From the NCBI GenBank assembly GCA_050084515.1, contig CM114271.1, positions 16,802,001 to 16,866,000 of the forward strand: DNA of 64,000 nucleotides. The letters are read 5' to 3'. Shown piece after piece: positions 1 through 12,959 of this stretch. Each line of letters opens with the position of its first letter. Position 1 is the stretch's first letter. Made by a program: the position numbers and the translations under genes. The DNA is from Blasia pusilla (taxonomy: Eukaryota). The notes below the pieces were generated by a model, which saw only the letters and a list, made by a program, of their open reading frames with translations, had not been told where the DNA came from and searched no databases.

Positions 1-87
1 CTGTCAGTATATGTCTTGTTTCCTGAGTCGCTGCCGTTCCATTGCTTCTGTGGGATCAGTTTAATGACCTGGACTATCTGTGAAATT

Positions 88-285
88 GAGAATACACCAC
101 AATGTATTGTGCGGTTACCTTCAGGTGTTGACAAACTAATAGATTCCCAGTGCCGAGCTACTATTGGTATAGTTTCTATCTTAATCATGGTAAACGTAAG
201 CTTAACAAAGCAGGACAAAGCCGGTGGTTAGGCAGACGCCCCGTTGTTCGGGGTGTTGCTATGAATCCAGTTGATCGTCCTCATT
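88..285 (+). pseudogene. rpl2: Organelle-derived rpl2 fragment (NUMT, mitochondrial type), frameshifted
   Basis: Two overlapping frames give [28 protein letters not shown] / [35 protein letters not shown], the conserved C-terminal part of ribosomal protein L2 in its plant mitochondrial form. Only ~200 bp, 1-nt frameshift, no start. Confidence 0.85.
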
Positions 286-2074
286 GTGTCCTTCCAAACC
301 ACTCTAGAGCTGTGCAACTCCATGGCGTTGACTGTGTCATGGCTGTGTGATCAGTTTCATGGCCTTCATGCAGATATAATTGTAATTGTGGAATGAATTC
401 TCTTAGCGTGTATCTTGTTTCCTCACAGTCTATTCCATTCAATGGCTTTCACATTGCAACTGTGGCATCAGTTTCATGACCTTGACAACAATCTATGGGT
501 CACTTTGGAGAATGGAGAGGGTTGGAGGAAAGTTGATCTATTCCTCTTCCCTTCCCTTCCCTTATCTCATCTACATTGCTCCAAGAAAACTTTCTTCCCA
601 AACTCTTTTCACTACTCATATTGGAAATTTATCTTTGGCTATCTTTTGTGCCCTTACCTGATGAAAATTCAATATGAAAATATAATCCTTATGAGAATTG
701 AATATTGGAAGGAAAGTTTCTCAGTTTCTCTTTTCCCCTCCCTTATTGAAAATTCGACCGTCTCTCTAGCCTGTTAAAGGTAAATGCTTTACAAAGAAAC
801 TCTGAATTTCATTGAAAATTTATCCTTTTTTTCCTTTCCTATTGAAAAGTTCATCCTTATCTATCTTTCTTCGTCTGTTGAAAATCAAACACTTCAAAAT
901 AGAATACTTAATGAAGTCCTCTTCTTTCCCTCGTATATTGAAAATAAACACTTACAAAAAAAGCCCTTCCTCATGAAAACTTATCCTATCACGAAAATCT
1001 ATCTCGTCTTGTATTATACGAGGACTTCATAAAAAAATTTAAGGATTTCATTTTCAATAAGGGAAAGGAAGAGATAAATATTTAGAAAAGAGGAAAGTTT
1101 TACTTTTTGTAAGATTGTGTTTGCCTGAATAATAAAATAGAGAATAGAAAGAATGATCAATTTTTTTCTATGAATGGAGTGGGGAGATTTTCCAAATGAC
1201 AGACGAATGCTTATAAAATGGAATATTCGGCTAGATCTAATGAATAAAATTAAACTTCATTAACCACATAAAATGAACTTCTTTGTTGAATTGTGGAATG
1301 GTGAACGAAAATTTCACTCCATAATAACCAATTGTCATACATTCTTTCTACTAGAGTTGCGGAGGACTTGAAAAGAAGTTTTCTGAATTTAAAATCTAGG
1401 GTTATATCCATTATAATTCTTAGAACCAAGGATAAGATGGTCTTGTGCCACACAAATCTTGAAAAGAAGGTATTAATAATCATGCTTGGATGTGTTAACA
1501 TTGGTTAGCTGATTTGAGACTTGTGACAACAGGTACTTCTATATGGGGTTCTGAAATCCTAAAATCCATCTCACAAGTGGATACACTTATCTCCAAACTC
1601 AAGTAAACTTTGGTAGTTCAATGGAATTTTGTTTAGAGTGAAAAATAAAAAGTACCAGTTCTAGGTTCATGTGGCATACATGCACAACTCACTATTTAGG
1701 ATAAGATAATAGATATTTGTGTGGATCGTAAGTACCTTTTGTCCTTATCCATGTTAAGAGTGGAAGATCGGGTTCCCTTATTATTTATGTGCATATTCTC
1801 ATTCTTCCACTCCATGAAAAGTGATTTTTTTCTTGTGTATGTAAGTATCTGATATGGTTAGTAGTTGATATAAGACCAAAAATCCAAATAAAAATATAGC
1901 TGGTTAGATATGGTTGAACTTACTTGGAAATTACTCGTTAGATATTACTTGGAAATCACTCGTTATTGGTTGAACTTACTTGGAAATCTATCGTTGTGAT
2001 AATTTTATGGCAAGTTCCATATTAATTGTTTCATAATCGGGTCTCATCACTTATGCATGACATTATCACCAGGC

Positions 2075-2468
2075 CAAGGTTGCACAGAAACGGACAAGTC
2101 CATGGACATGTTGCTTGGGTATCCGTGGCCCGCATCTGAAACCATCCTTGATCCTGTCAGGCCCGCAACATAGACCCAGGCGAGCCGAGCCCGCACCCCT
2201 TTTGTGGCTCGTATGAAGTGTGTGGCATGCACACAGCCAGACGCGCAAGGCGAGCTGGGCTTCCATTAGGCAAGCTCAGGCCCGCGCCTCAAAATAGGTT
2301 CGGATTCCGCTCGTCCGGGTCTATGTGGCGGGCTTGGCAAGCTTAGGGCACGCTTGGGTGCAGACCACGGGTACCCGTGCCCGCACTGACGTGTCCGTCC
2401 CTACGATGGACATAAATCCGCGGACATGAACATGTCTACGGACACGGACTTTATCCATGTGCAACATA
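2075..2468. mobile_element. hAT-type MITE (CAAGGTTGCAC TIR family)
   Basis: Begins CAAGGTTGCACAG, ends TGTGCAACA; GC-rich island in AT-rich DNA; same termini as the copies at 5080 and 59516. No clear TSD here. Confidence 0.7.
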
Positions 2469-4302
2469 AGAAAATGAATAAATTTGCTTCTTAAGAAAAG
2501 TAATTTTTTGATAAGGATGTTTATAATTGAAATTTACTCAAGAGGGAATAATTTGTACTATTAAGAAGGGATGTATTCTTAATTTTTTATGAAGCTCTGC
2601 CATACATCACTTGAACAACAAGATATATTTCTAATGAAAGTTGCTAAAATAACATATCAAGTAGGTAATATAACAAGTTGAAAAATGGAACCATTTTGCA
2701 AAATTTAGTTTCAAAATCCCCATGACTTAATATCGTATGTATAAATTGGAGCTCACATAATTTTTCATATGACCAAAAAACATAAAACATCCAAAAAATA
2801 ATATTGTTTCTAATTTCCTTGATGTGGATATTAAAAAATTTCCTATATTTCAAAAATATGTTTAGGTGTTCAAAATCTCGAAGTTTTTAAATGTTTTTTT
2901 CCTCTTATTTTACATACCTAGCCATATTTGTGAGCACTTAGTATTTTAATATATGCGCCTATAAAGCACCTTGTCAAATTCTTGGGATTTTTGGACCTCC
3001 TCTTACAATGAATATATTAATGAAACCCGAAATATAACTATTAACATTCTAGCTCACATTGCTCTCTTTATATTATTTCATTAGCTTCTAAAAAAGAATT
3101 TCTTTTCTCCATCTCTTACTACATGTTGGCCCAAAATTATGACCTCATCCATTTGTGCTAAACATCGGAGGATGAATTTCACTTTCTCCTCATATGCTTC
3201 TTTTTAAATTTCATTTTTCTTTGTTACTTTCTCTTCAACTACTAATGTCCAACGTGTTTGTTCTTGATAAGATTTTTAATTTTTTCTTTTATTGATGGTG
3301 TATTTTGTTTTGGCAGATTTCCTTTATGCATGCTTCACAATTGACCTTTAAAAGAACATTCACTCATTACTGTGCCTTGGTATTACGACTCTATCTCCAA
3401 AAGGACTTAATTTTCTATATTTATCTTCTTGGGCTAGTTCTTTGGATACCATAAAGGTTGATTCTTTTATTGTGAAATATCAATTTTGTCTTAGTTTTCT
3501 TTATGCGATTTCCAATCATACGTATATTTTCTTTCATCTTATCGTAAATTCTCATTGTCTAAATACACTCTTAATGGGATTCACTTTTTTCCATACAGAT
3601 TCTATTATTATCTTGTGTCCTTCTCACAATTCCTTAATTTTCCTGTTATCTTGAATGTTATGACTATGTCCATTCTCTTGCTATAGATTGAGACAATCCA
3701 TCATTCTAAAGAACGTGACTATTTTTGTGTTTTTCTAAGCATTGAACCACAATGGAATACAAGTTGCAATTTTTTTCTTGCATCACTTGAGAGTTGCATC
3801 ACAAAAGAAGCATGGTAGCTATTCCAAGTTCCAACATAGTCGCAAAGTTCCAATATGGTATAGCCTAAAAAATCACTTCTGGACATCCACCGAATAAGTA
3901 TAATAGACCGAGTCATAATTTGTGGCTATGAGACTCTAGAGAGCTATAGATAGATAGTACTTTGTGATTGTAATATTGATTGTGATGTAACTATGGTGTA
4001 ATTGCAAGGATTCCACAAATGCAATTTTTTTATGATTTTCATAACTCTTGGAATGTGCATAGTAAGTTTGAGGGGAGAATATAAATTTAGAGCCTCCAAA
4101 TGCATTACAATTGCTATTTATGAAAGTGGGACTAAGGCTAATTAGAGAATATCAATTGACTAAAATTTTAGAGAGATAAAAGTAGCTAAAAGGTTAAAAT
4201 CGAATGAATTATATTATAAATTATTATAAATTTTTTTCTAAATAAGAAAATTTAATTTAAATAATATTTAAATAATAAATTATATATATTAAAGAGAATA
4301 CC

Positions 4303-4337
4303 CAAGGTTGCACATAGACAAAGTCCGTGTCCGTAGA
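4303..4337. repeat. Terminal fragment of the same MITE family
   Basis: CAAGGTTGCACATAGACAAAGTCCGTGTCCGTAGA is nearly the reverse complement of ~2435-2466. Confidence 0.6.
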
Positions 4338-4339
4338 AT

Positions 4340-6231
4340 CACTTATTATAGAAAACTTCTAAATAAGCATAATTGATGGAATATAATCTCTCTCTTTCTC
4401 TCTTCCCTCTCTCTCATACACAAATACTATGACATGCACCACCATGGAGAAATGTTTTTGCTAAGAGTGGGGGTTGGTCTCTTTCTCAATTGTATAAGGT
4501 ATATACAAATAATTGTGACTCTAACACTAACCATAATATCAAGTTATATTAAATGTGATTAACTAATCCTAGTTAATATAATTATTCTTAATTGACTAAC
4601 CAAGATTAAACTTTCCTATTTTGTGTGAGTACTAAATGTACGAGTTCATATGTCCGATGGACTTGACTATAACTCAATCTTCAATATTCTCCCTCAAGCT
4701 CATATCATTATCTTTAATGCCTTAATTGTTTCTAAATATTTCAAACTTATCTCAAGATAATGCCATTGTAAAGACATCAAAATTTTTCTAATTGTACATG
4801 TATGTGAGATTTATTTCTCCTACAAACACTTTCTCTTTGATAGAGTGGCAATGCAACTCTGTATGTTTTGTTCGAGCTTGAGACACAAAGTTATTAGCAA
4901 GCTTAATGCTTCTAATATTATTTATATATCTTATATTAGATAGTGAGTTACCAATACCAATCTCAACGAGTAATCAGTGAAGCCACATTGCCTCATATGT
5001 TATATTGCATGCTCCTTTCTCCTCAACTTTTGTTAAAGATAAAATAATTGTAGGTTGCTTCTTTGAAGCCCAACTTATACAAGGTTGTACAAAAACAATC
5101 ATGCCCAACTGTTCCCCTGCTCGGATTTTTTTGGTACCCTCGTTGGTATCCAAGTGGCCCGGGCGGGCGCCAGACTTAGGACGTGAGAACGAGTGCAGAC
5201 TTAGATGAAGGGAGGCGGGCAGGAATCGGCCTGCACGTAGCTAGCATACGCCCATGGAGAGTGGGTTCTAGCCCGCATAGAACGGACTGCGGGCCCGTGG
5301 AGGATGGACCGACTACGCGGGCCTTGAGCCCGCCCTACATGGGAAAATGCGAGCCAATGCGTGCTTAGGGTGGGCGGGTGAGGGCTAAAAAATGAGTGAC
5401 GGGTTCTTGGAGTGGGTGCAAGCTGGCCAAGCCGCGGTGTGTGATGTGGGCAGGGTGGGCCATGGGTACTTGCGCTTGTACCAACTTGTCTGTCCTTGGA
5501 CAAACATAAGTCTGCGGATGTGGACATGTTTGTGTGCAACCTTGAACTTATATCCAAGGAGGAAGGAATAACCTCCCAAGGTGAAGGAATAACCATATGT
5601 AGATTGTCTACCAGACATGTTTTCTTCTCGATCAATTTCTAGTGAATCTTTGCAATTGGAAACTCTAAGAAGGTTCAAATTTAAGTCCAAACTAAATAGA
5701 GAATTTCTCAGACCACATGATCCTTCTCACAACATCAAGGTAAGGTTTCTAAGATACTTAGATGAGCTATCTCTCTAAGCCAACTACTTAACTCAAGTCT
5801 AGCCTAGTTATAGTCAAATAGATTAAACTTCCAACCATACGCTTGTATATATTGGAATCTGCAAGCAACTCTCATTCATTTATTCTTTGCTTCATATTCT
5901 GGTCTGACAACGTAGAGATTGGATTACAAGCCGTCAAACTATATTTTCATACCATGTGAAAAATATATTGTCGATGTAATAACCATACGTTGTCTCCAAC
6001 CTTGATAAACTTAGTACCAAGGAAGTATTTGAGTTGAACTTCTCCTAAGTCTTTTCTAACAAATTCTACTTGTAACTTTGATTTGACTTGTTGTATCATA
6101 TCCTCAATATTCCTACTAATTAAGAAGTCATCAACATACAATGCAATGATAACCGTATGGCCTTGTCCTCTCAAAACATATAGTGAACAATCAGAATTAC
6201 AAATCCTAAAGCCAAGCTCTCATAGGACATA
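4340..6231 (-). mobile_element. Degenerate Ty1/Copia retrotransposon: RT C-terminus, RNase H, PPT and part of the 3' LTR
   Basis: Minus-strand IIALYVDDFLIS...KDLGEVQLKYFLG (5947-6174), WASKKQP near 5055-5075 and RTKHTELHCH near 4845-4875. PPT-like TTGAGGGAGAA followed by TATTGA at ~4681-4697. Left LTR boundary approximate. Confidence 0.8.
5080..5544. mobile_element. hAT-type MITE with 8-bp TSD, inserted in the Copia relic
   Basis: TIRs CAAGGTTGTAC...GTGCAACCTTG; flanked by AACTTATA at 5072-5079 and 5545-5552. Confidence 0.9.
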
Positions 6232-6777
6232 CTAGTATGCTGCCCATGCGATGCACGCCTGACACAATTTCCTCAATATAAGGGCCTTAAAAAATAGGTG
6301 TCAATAATAGTTTTTAAAACCTTAAAATTTGAAATTATATTTAATTTCAATTTTAAGTATAATTTCCACTTTTTAAAATCTTAAAAGAGTAAGAAAATTT
6401 CACTTTTAAATAATACTCATCTCCCCTAAATAATTTCACTCCTCCGTAAAAGTTTAAACAATAACTATTCTTTCCCTTCCACTCTTCCCACCAAAATAAT
6501 ATTCATTAACTAAATTCTTAGTCAATTTTTCAGTAACAAAATCAATTTTCTTTTCCATTCAGATTCATTTTCCTTTCCCAAAATACTACATGTGAATTAA
6601 TAAAAATAATAACATTATTTATTTCAAAAATTAAATGTAATTTCTATTTTCTAAAATCTTAGAAGAGTAATAACATTTTCTTCTTCTAAGTGGTTACAAT
6701 CCTCCATTCAAATTTAAATGATATTCCAATCCCCTAAGTAATTTTACCCTTCCATAAAATTGAAACAAAATCTACTC

Positions 6778-6824
6778 TGTCGTGCGCATACACATCGCTA
6801 CACAACATACATCGCTGTCACCGA
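6778..6824 (-). mobile_element. Terminal part of B repeat of an older, oppositely oriented copy of the Gypsy-DNMT family
   Basis: TGTCGTGCGCATACACATCGCTACACAACATACATCGCTGTCACCGA is the near-exact reverse complement of the B-repeat end at ~16257-16303. Confidence 0.8.
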
Positions 6825-7346
6825 TGTCACGACTGTTAGGATAGATTGGTGGGATCTAGCAGAGTGTCTGCACGAATAGTGGAGGACATGCCCAGGAGGT
6901 TGAGGATGACTTGTTGAGGCCCCGGGAAACCTGAGAGAGCAGGTTTTCCCTTCGTTTAGGCTCATTTGGAGCCATATAGAGAAACTTACTATTCGGGTAA
7001 GTTTCCATGTTGGAGATAGTTGACTTTCCACTTTGGGACATGGCCTTGGACCCGCTACAGCAGGTCAAGAGCCAAGGAGGTAACCTGCGAGCATAGGTTA
7101 TTGTTGAGAGGGCTTGGGAGAGGGAAGGGGTTATACGTCCAAGAGAGAGAGCTTGAGAGCTCATTCTCTTTTTGTTGAACCTCTTGGCATGAGGCGGCGG
7201 AGCTATGGTCCCTTGCCTTGTGAGTATAACCCAAGCCTCTCATTAGGAGAGTGGGTTTGGTTTGACATGAGAGAGAGTGCACATCTTTAAGAGCTATGGT
7301 GTGAGATGGTGTGAGATGATGTAGAGAGGGATTGGATCTTACTTTA
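6825..7346 (+). repeat. Terminal repeat A1
   Basis: Direct repeat of 16306-16818; similarity stops after TTGGATCTTACTTTA. Confidence 0.9.
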
Positions 7347-8799
7347 CAAAGAGAGAATGAGAGAATGAGAGAGTGAGAGAGCTTCATGGGGGAGCTCGCT
7401 AGTCACTCGCTGTTTTTGCAGGTTGGGGACCGTGTTCCCCATTCAGCGGCTCATGGGAGTGCTCACTGGAGCAAGGGCTGCTTTGATTATTCTTTACATT
7501 TGCCGATTTTTTGTGTGGAAGAGTGGCGCGCGGAAGCGCTGCCCAATTTCTTATAGGGATGGATTATGGGGGTGGGTTTCCCCATGTCGATGCTCTCGGG
7601 AGCACCATGTAGCTTGTTGATTTGTACTTTTACAGGTTTTATATTTTCGTTGGGAGAAATCAGCGCGGAAGCGTTGCCAAATTTTGTGTAGGAGAAAGAG
7701 ACATTGGGCTTTACAACATTCCCCTTCAATTTCTACTGGAATGTTTGATTCTAAATATTTTTTGATGTTGTTGTAGACCGTGAAGCTGTGCACGCTATGC
7801 AATAAACAATGCGAAATTTGGAGTTGCGAGCAAAAAGTAAGGGTCAATCTTGCAAAACTGCCATTGCTAGGTAATTTTTAGGGTTAAATTGTTCAAACCC
7901 TAAACCAGCCGCCACACCGGTGGTGGCCGTCGCCGTCAACAGTCTGCCGTTGACAGTCATGCGGCGGTGGCCGTCACCATCAATGGTCAATCGTCCGTTG
8001 TCTACCCTTTAGTTTCCATTGCCGCCATTACAGAGTGGAGGGTCTTCCACGACGTTCGTTGATTCTCTAACTTGCGTCGCCAACACGTTCTTTGTTTTGG
8101 CCGCCATCTTCATCGCAATTTCGTCATCAACCAGTGATGGCAGATGACCTCCAATTATGGTGTTTGAGTTTTGATTTCATGCTGCTATGTTGTGATTGGT
8201 AGCCGCTCGACGATGATCGAGTACCCGTCGCGGACGCCCGTAAGCCGCAACGCGCCCGCCGATTCTTTGCGCGTGCCGTGCGCTTTGTGGCGCACCGCAC
8301 CGTCTCGATCGCGGAACCGCTCCTTCACTAAGGAGCAGAGCATATGAATTTCTGATTGAGGAGGGTATGCCGCCGAGTGCCGCACTCCATTCTTGAGAGT
8401 GCCGTGCTGTTTGTAGCCGTTTTGTGCTGCCAGTGCCGCACCAGACCGCTCGACTTGCATGGCACATCGAGGAGGTTGAGTAGCATCAGTACGAGAGGAG
8501 TACGACTTGCTGATTGGAGGAGTTGTCTTCACAACCGAGTTGGGGTTGAGATTTGCAATTGCTGAGGAGCGACATCGATATGTGTTCAGGTTACCCATTA
8601 TGGTCCTTTACCCTGCACGTGTGAGGGATTATGGGATTTGGGTAGTTTATTTGGGGATATTGGGTTGTGTGGATGATGAGAGAATCATTCATGTATGTGG
8701 TTTAGGGTACATAGACCTGTGTGGGATGTCCGGAGTTGAGGGTAGGTTGTCGATGAGATGATAGCCTGGTCAATTTGCCGCACCACGCCGCCGGAGTGG

Positions 8800-10300
8800 C
8801 GCGAGGTTCTGAGGGTCTCCACGTGAGGGACCACCTCGACCTCCTTCTATGTCATCGTCAGACAAGGGGGAGGGTGTAAAGGAGTTTGTGAGCACATCGC
8901 CACATATTGTGAGTGGTCCTATCAGTTGGGCGTACGAGATGGACGACCGGGGTAGAGGACCGCGTAGGTTTTCAGGTGCACTAGGCACGATTGAGTTGCA
9001 CAATTTTATAGCAGAGTTTAGGAGTTGGTGCGACTCCTAAGTAGAGTTTAGGAGTTGGGCTAGGAACTCTAGAGAGTTTAACCCGTTTACAACATGGAAT
9101 GGTATGTTCCAGCATTTAGAGGGGGCGCCCATGGACGATTACGATGAGTTCTCTCAGAGATATGCACGTGAGATCGAGGCGTGGAGGCTCTACTATGACC
9201 CACATTATATGTCATGGACGAAGCTGTTCCTAGATGAGGAGGAGGAGTCAGGAAAGGCTATTTCCTCTTCCACTAGTGACGTTTTAGGAGGGATCACTCG
9301 CACTGGAGCAGTTGCACCGTCTAGTCGGGTTCGTCCCAAGTTCAACCATGTGGTTGAGTTCTTTGCTGAGTTGAGGGCGAGCTACGAGAGGGTACGGACG
9401 GAGAAGTTGCGGAGCATCTATGACTTCTAGAGGCCCCCAGGTGAGAGTTTGCGTGAGGCTTACACTCGCTTGCGCCGGTTGATCAACGTCACTCAGGGGG
9501 TGACATAGGCTCAGGCTATCCAGTCATGGTACGCGATGCTGGATCGGACCTTGCGGACACGGGTGCGAGAGTGGGTGCTTCTTATGAACACCTCCCCTAC
9601 GTTGAGAGATGTTTTTAGGACAGCGGAGAACATTGAGCGCAACATGGCGGAGGAGAGCGTAGCCACCATGGGTTCTGGGCGAGAGCAGTCACAATTGGCT
9701 GCACCACTTGTGCAGGAACGTGGACTCCGAGATAGGTCGACTGTGGCACCACGAGCTTAGGGAGGATACCGGGAGGCCGTGCCACAGAGATCTGCGTATG
9801 AAGACGCAGCCGCCTACTATTACTTGTTGGTCATGTGGTGGAGCCCATCATCAGCGTGATTGCACTCGTTAAGGTCATGGACGTGTGCCTCAGCATGGAG
9901 GAGGAGATGATGCTGCACCAGGAGGTTATCAATGTGACTATTTTCAGAGGTATGGTCAAACACGCGCCAGATGTTTCAATTTACATCCTGAGTTACGTCC
10001 GGACCGAGGGCCAGAGAGGGCACCAGCGCGAATAGCCGGTCCGGTTGGGCCTAGAGATCGTGCACCAGGTAGTCCCGTTGGGGGACGAGGAGCTGGAGTT
10101 GCACGACAGGATGGGGGAGCTGCCCGTGGAGGAGGTAGAGTACCACCACCTAGACGCGCCGAGGGAGATTCCGGAGGTGAGGCTGGGATGGCTGCTAAGA
10201 TATAGCAGCTACAGGAGCAGATTGCCGCTATGGCATTGAGGTTACCTGATGCCAGATCCGTGGAATCGACATCATATGGAGCATCCAGAGATATGGAGGA
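8800..10300 (+). pseudogene. gag: gag-like region with two zinc knuckles
   Basis: FSGALGTIELHNFIAEFRSWCDS, F(Q)RPPGESLREAYTRLRRLI, knuckle CWSCGGAHHQRDC (9825-9863) and a degenerate second knuckle CDYFQRYGQTRARC; same blocks at 50500-51570. Confidence 0.75.
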
Positions 10301-10859
10301 TCTTGGTTGGATGTGCAGGGTTGCCCAGATGGAGGCCGCCATAGTTGTGACGTGTGGAGCAGCCACAGAGTTGGATCCATAGCAAGGGGAAGCCAGAAAA
10401 TAGACTAGGCTTCCTCAGTCTTTCACGTTGTCCGAAGCGATGAGGACCCCATCGATGGGTCCTCATCAAAGTTCCTGGAGAGTTGATGATGTTGTTGGTG
10501 TGCAAGCACGGAGGGCGATGGGAGAAGCGAGTGCGATGACTCCTATTGTTGATGCTCAGGAGGGGCATGTGTCAAGCACGTTGTTGGGGATGGCCACCAT
10601 TATGTACCACACTCATTTATTTTCTGCTTCCGATGTTATGATGTTGGGGGGTACGCCCGCCGAGGCTTTTCGGCTGGCCGCTTCACTCTGTGAGCGCGGA
10701 GTTGGAGTTCCTGCATCACGTTCAGAGGTGATTGCAGAGGAGGTGATGGACCTGCCCTTGGAGCGGATGCTCGGGCCATCCACGTTAGATTCATGGTAGG
10801 CTGCGGCTGATAGGATGGCGGAGATGCCCACTAGACCCGTGATAGAGCGTGCCATGGCT

Positions 10860-11290
10860 TCTCTTGGTGTTGTGTTGCTGGATAACCGAGGAGAGGTCTT
10901 CCAGTTGGTGAGTCCCGGAGGTAGAGCTTTTAGTCCACAATGCGTCTTGTTGGATTCAGGAGCGCAACCCCGGATGTTGGGGAAAGCGTCATTCAGAGGA
11001 TTGGGCTTGACGAGAGCCGATGTGGAGCATTGTCCATTTCGGATATAGACATCCTTGGGTGGAGCGAGTATCACACAGTATATCACCCGACAGGAGGTCC
11101 TAGTGAGGATTTTCCTGGGACATCCTACAAATGAGTCCGTGGTGCGAGCCAAGGCGATAGAGACTAATGCAGAGTCCTACGACGTCTTGGTTGATGAAGT
11201 AGTGTTATACCCGATGGGGTTAGACCTAGATTATTGGGAGGAGTCAACGTCCTACAGACAAAGATGGTAGTCAGGTGATGGGCGCCCTAG
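10860..11290 (+). pseudogene. Retroviral-type aspartic protease
   Basis: VLLDSGAQP active-site motif; downstream YDVLV(GG)AVL-type motif is better preserved in the copy at ~52720. Confidence 0.8.
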
Positions 11291-11639
11291 CTCATTACCC
11301 GTTCCATTCACTGGTGGAGTCATCGAGCGACGGCAAGGAGAGGTGGCGACCTTAGTAGTGCCATCACTTGGCCTAGTGATTTGATTGAGGGACATGTCCA
11401 TATAGAGGATACTCCCGTTCTTGAAATTTTTATGGAGAGGAGTGTTATGGTAGTCGCATCATTCCCTGGAGGAGAGGTGCCGTTGTGGGGCTCGATTGAG
11501 GAGCTTCGACGATTGGCAGATGAGTACGTGCAGACCGCGTGGAGCGAGGCGTTTGCACCGAAGCGTGACGGGTCTGAGGAATCCAAGGTAGCAGGGAGTG
11601 CTACGATGACACCCTTGGATACCACACCCATTGTGTGGT

Positions 11640-12620
11640 GTATCCCGGAGGAGGGTATTCGAGTGTTAGATCTCTTTGGAGGGATTAGCACCGGGTTAGC
11701 TGTTATTTTACAGGCAGGAGTGCGAGTGTAGCAGTACCTGTACGTGGAGAGTGATGATGTTGCGAGGCGCGTCTCACTACGACTTGTGGCACAGTTATGC
11801 CCACGTTTTCTCAACTTATTGTCTGCGTTCGTGGTACAGGGATACCAGAGTTCCCTACAAAGGGATATTTCATTGTTGGGGGCGCAGGACTTAGAGCGGG
11901 TAGGGACCATTGATTTGGTCATTTCCGGTTGGCCATGTCAGGGCCAATCGAGTGCTGGACAAGGCAGCTGGTTGGCTGACACTCGGTCCACGTTGTTTTG
12001 GGAGATGTTGAGGGTCTTACGGCAGTTGCAGGAGCACCAGTCTCGTTCTCGAGCCTACATTCTGGAGAATGTGCTGATCTTAGGAGACTCCAGGTCACGG
12101 TGGTGACGAGTGCTCATCAGGTGCGTGCCTGAATCGGCCCAACAGTGTTCTTGGATGCGGCAAGTATAGGTTCTAGAGCCCATCGCCACGTCTATGGTGG
12201 ACCAACTTGGTGCCCCATGCGGTGTTATCGAGGGCGTATGTGAGAGTGGAGCGCCCCTCCCATTTGTTAGTGGATTCCATTCTGGATCCAGGTCGTCAAT
12301 CACAGGCAGTGAGGCACGATGATCGACCACCGTTGACTGTGGTCAACAAAGTAGGTAGGCCGGCCGCGAGCAACCTTGCCCACGTTTGTGAGTTTTCCCA
12401 CTTCCTATGCATACAAGGAGGCGGGTCCTGGCTTGGTTTGGGATGACCAGGTTCAGCGGTTGGTGGAGCCCAACGCCGATGAGAGAGAGCAAGCGATGGG
12501 ATTTCCCACAAGAGTGACGGCAGTACCGTCAGTGTGAGAGGCATCACGACGCCATGTCTTGGGTCAGGCGATGGACCTGAACTGCTTGACATGGATCCTC
12601 AGCTTAGGACTGGCTGAGTA
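11640..12620 (+). pseudogene. C5 cytosine DNA methyltransferase domain, DNMT3-like, inside the polyprotein
   Basis: Motif I IRVLDLFGGISTG, motif II YLYVESD, motif IV DLVISGWPCQGQS (Cys at 11936-11938), motif VI YILENV, motif VIII RAHRPRLWWTNL, motifs IX/X EREQAMGFP and RRHVLGQA, all in canonical order. Confidence 0.92.
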
Positions 12621-12959
12621 GCGCCATATGAGATCGCGACAGATCACAATGGTTGCGTTGGTGAGCCCCATGCCTACCAAGATGGTGGAGGCAGTGGCTG
12701 GGGGCAAGACTTGAGAAGATCTACACACCAGGGGAGATCGGGAGAGACACCCTTGGACTTCTTGGGATGTTTTGCTGGTACGTGAGGAGATGATAGCCAC
12801 AACATCGAGCGTGGTTCCGGGCATTGCACGTGGAGGAGATCAGAGTTTGCAGTTGACTGCAGGAGAGCGGCCGAGTGTTGTTGTTCGAGACGGGGTTGCA
12901 CCATAGCAACCACCGATACCTGCGCCAGAGATTCCTACCATAGTTACGATGGAGACTTG

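Noticed and set aside
2900-4300. Possible second decayed Copia gag/LTR fragment (PPT-like TTGAGGGGAG at ~4068)
   Set aside because: Too degenerate to confirm any protein motif or boundary by eye.
7875-7905. Telomere-like TTTAGGG/AAACCCTAAA motifs (also ~18895, ~32684)
   Set aside because: Only one or two units each; at most telo-box motifs, not an interstitial telomere array.
11640-12620. Host DNMT3/DRM gene or bacterial restriction-modification methylase
   Set aside because: No introns, no UBA/PWWP domains and no cognate nuclease; it recurs at the same position in three retroelement copies.
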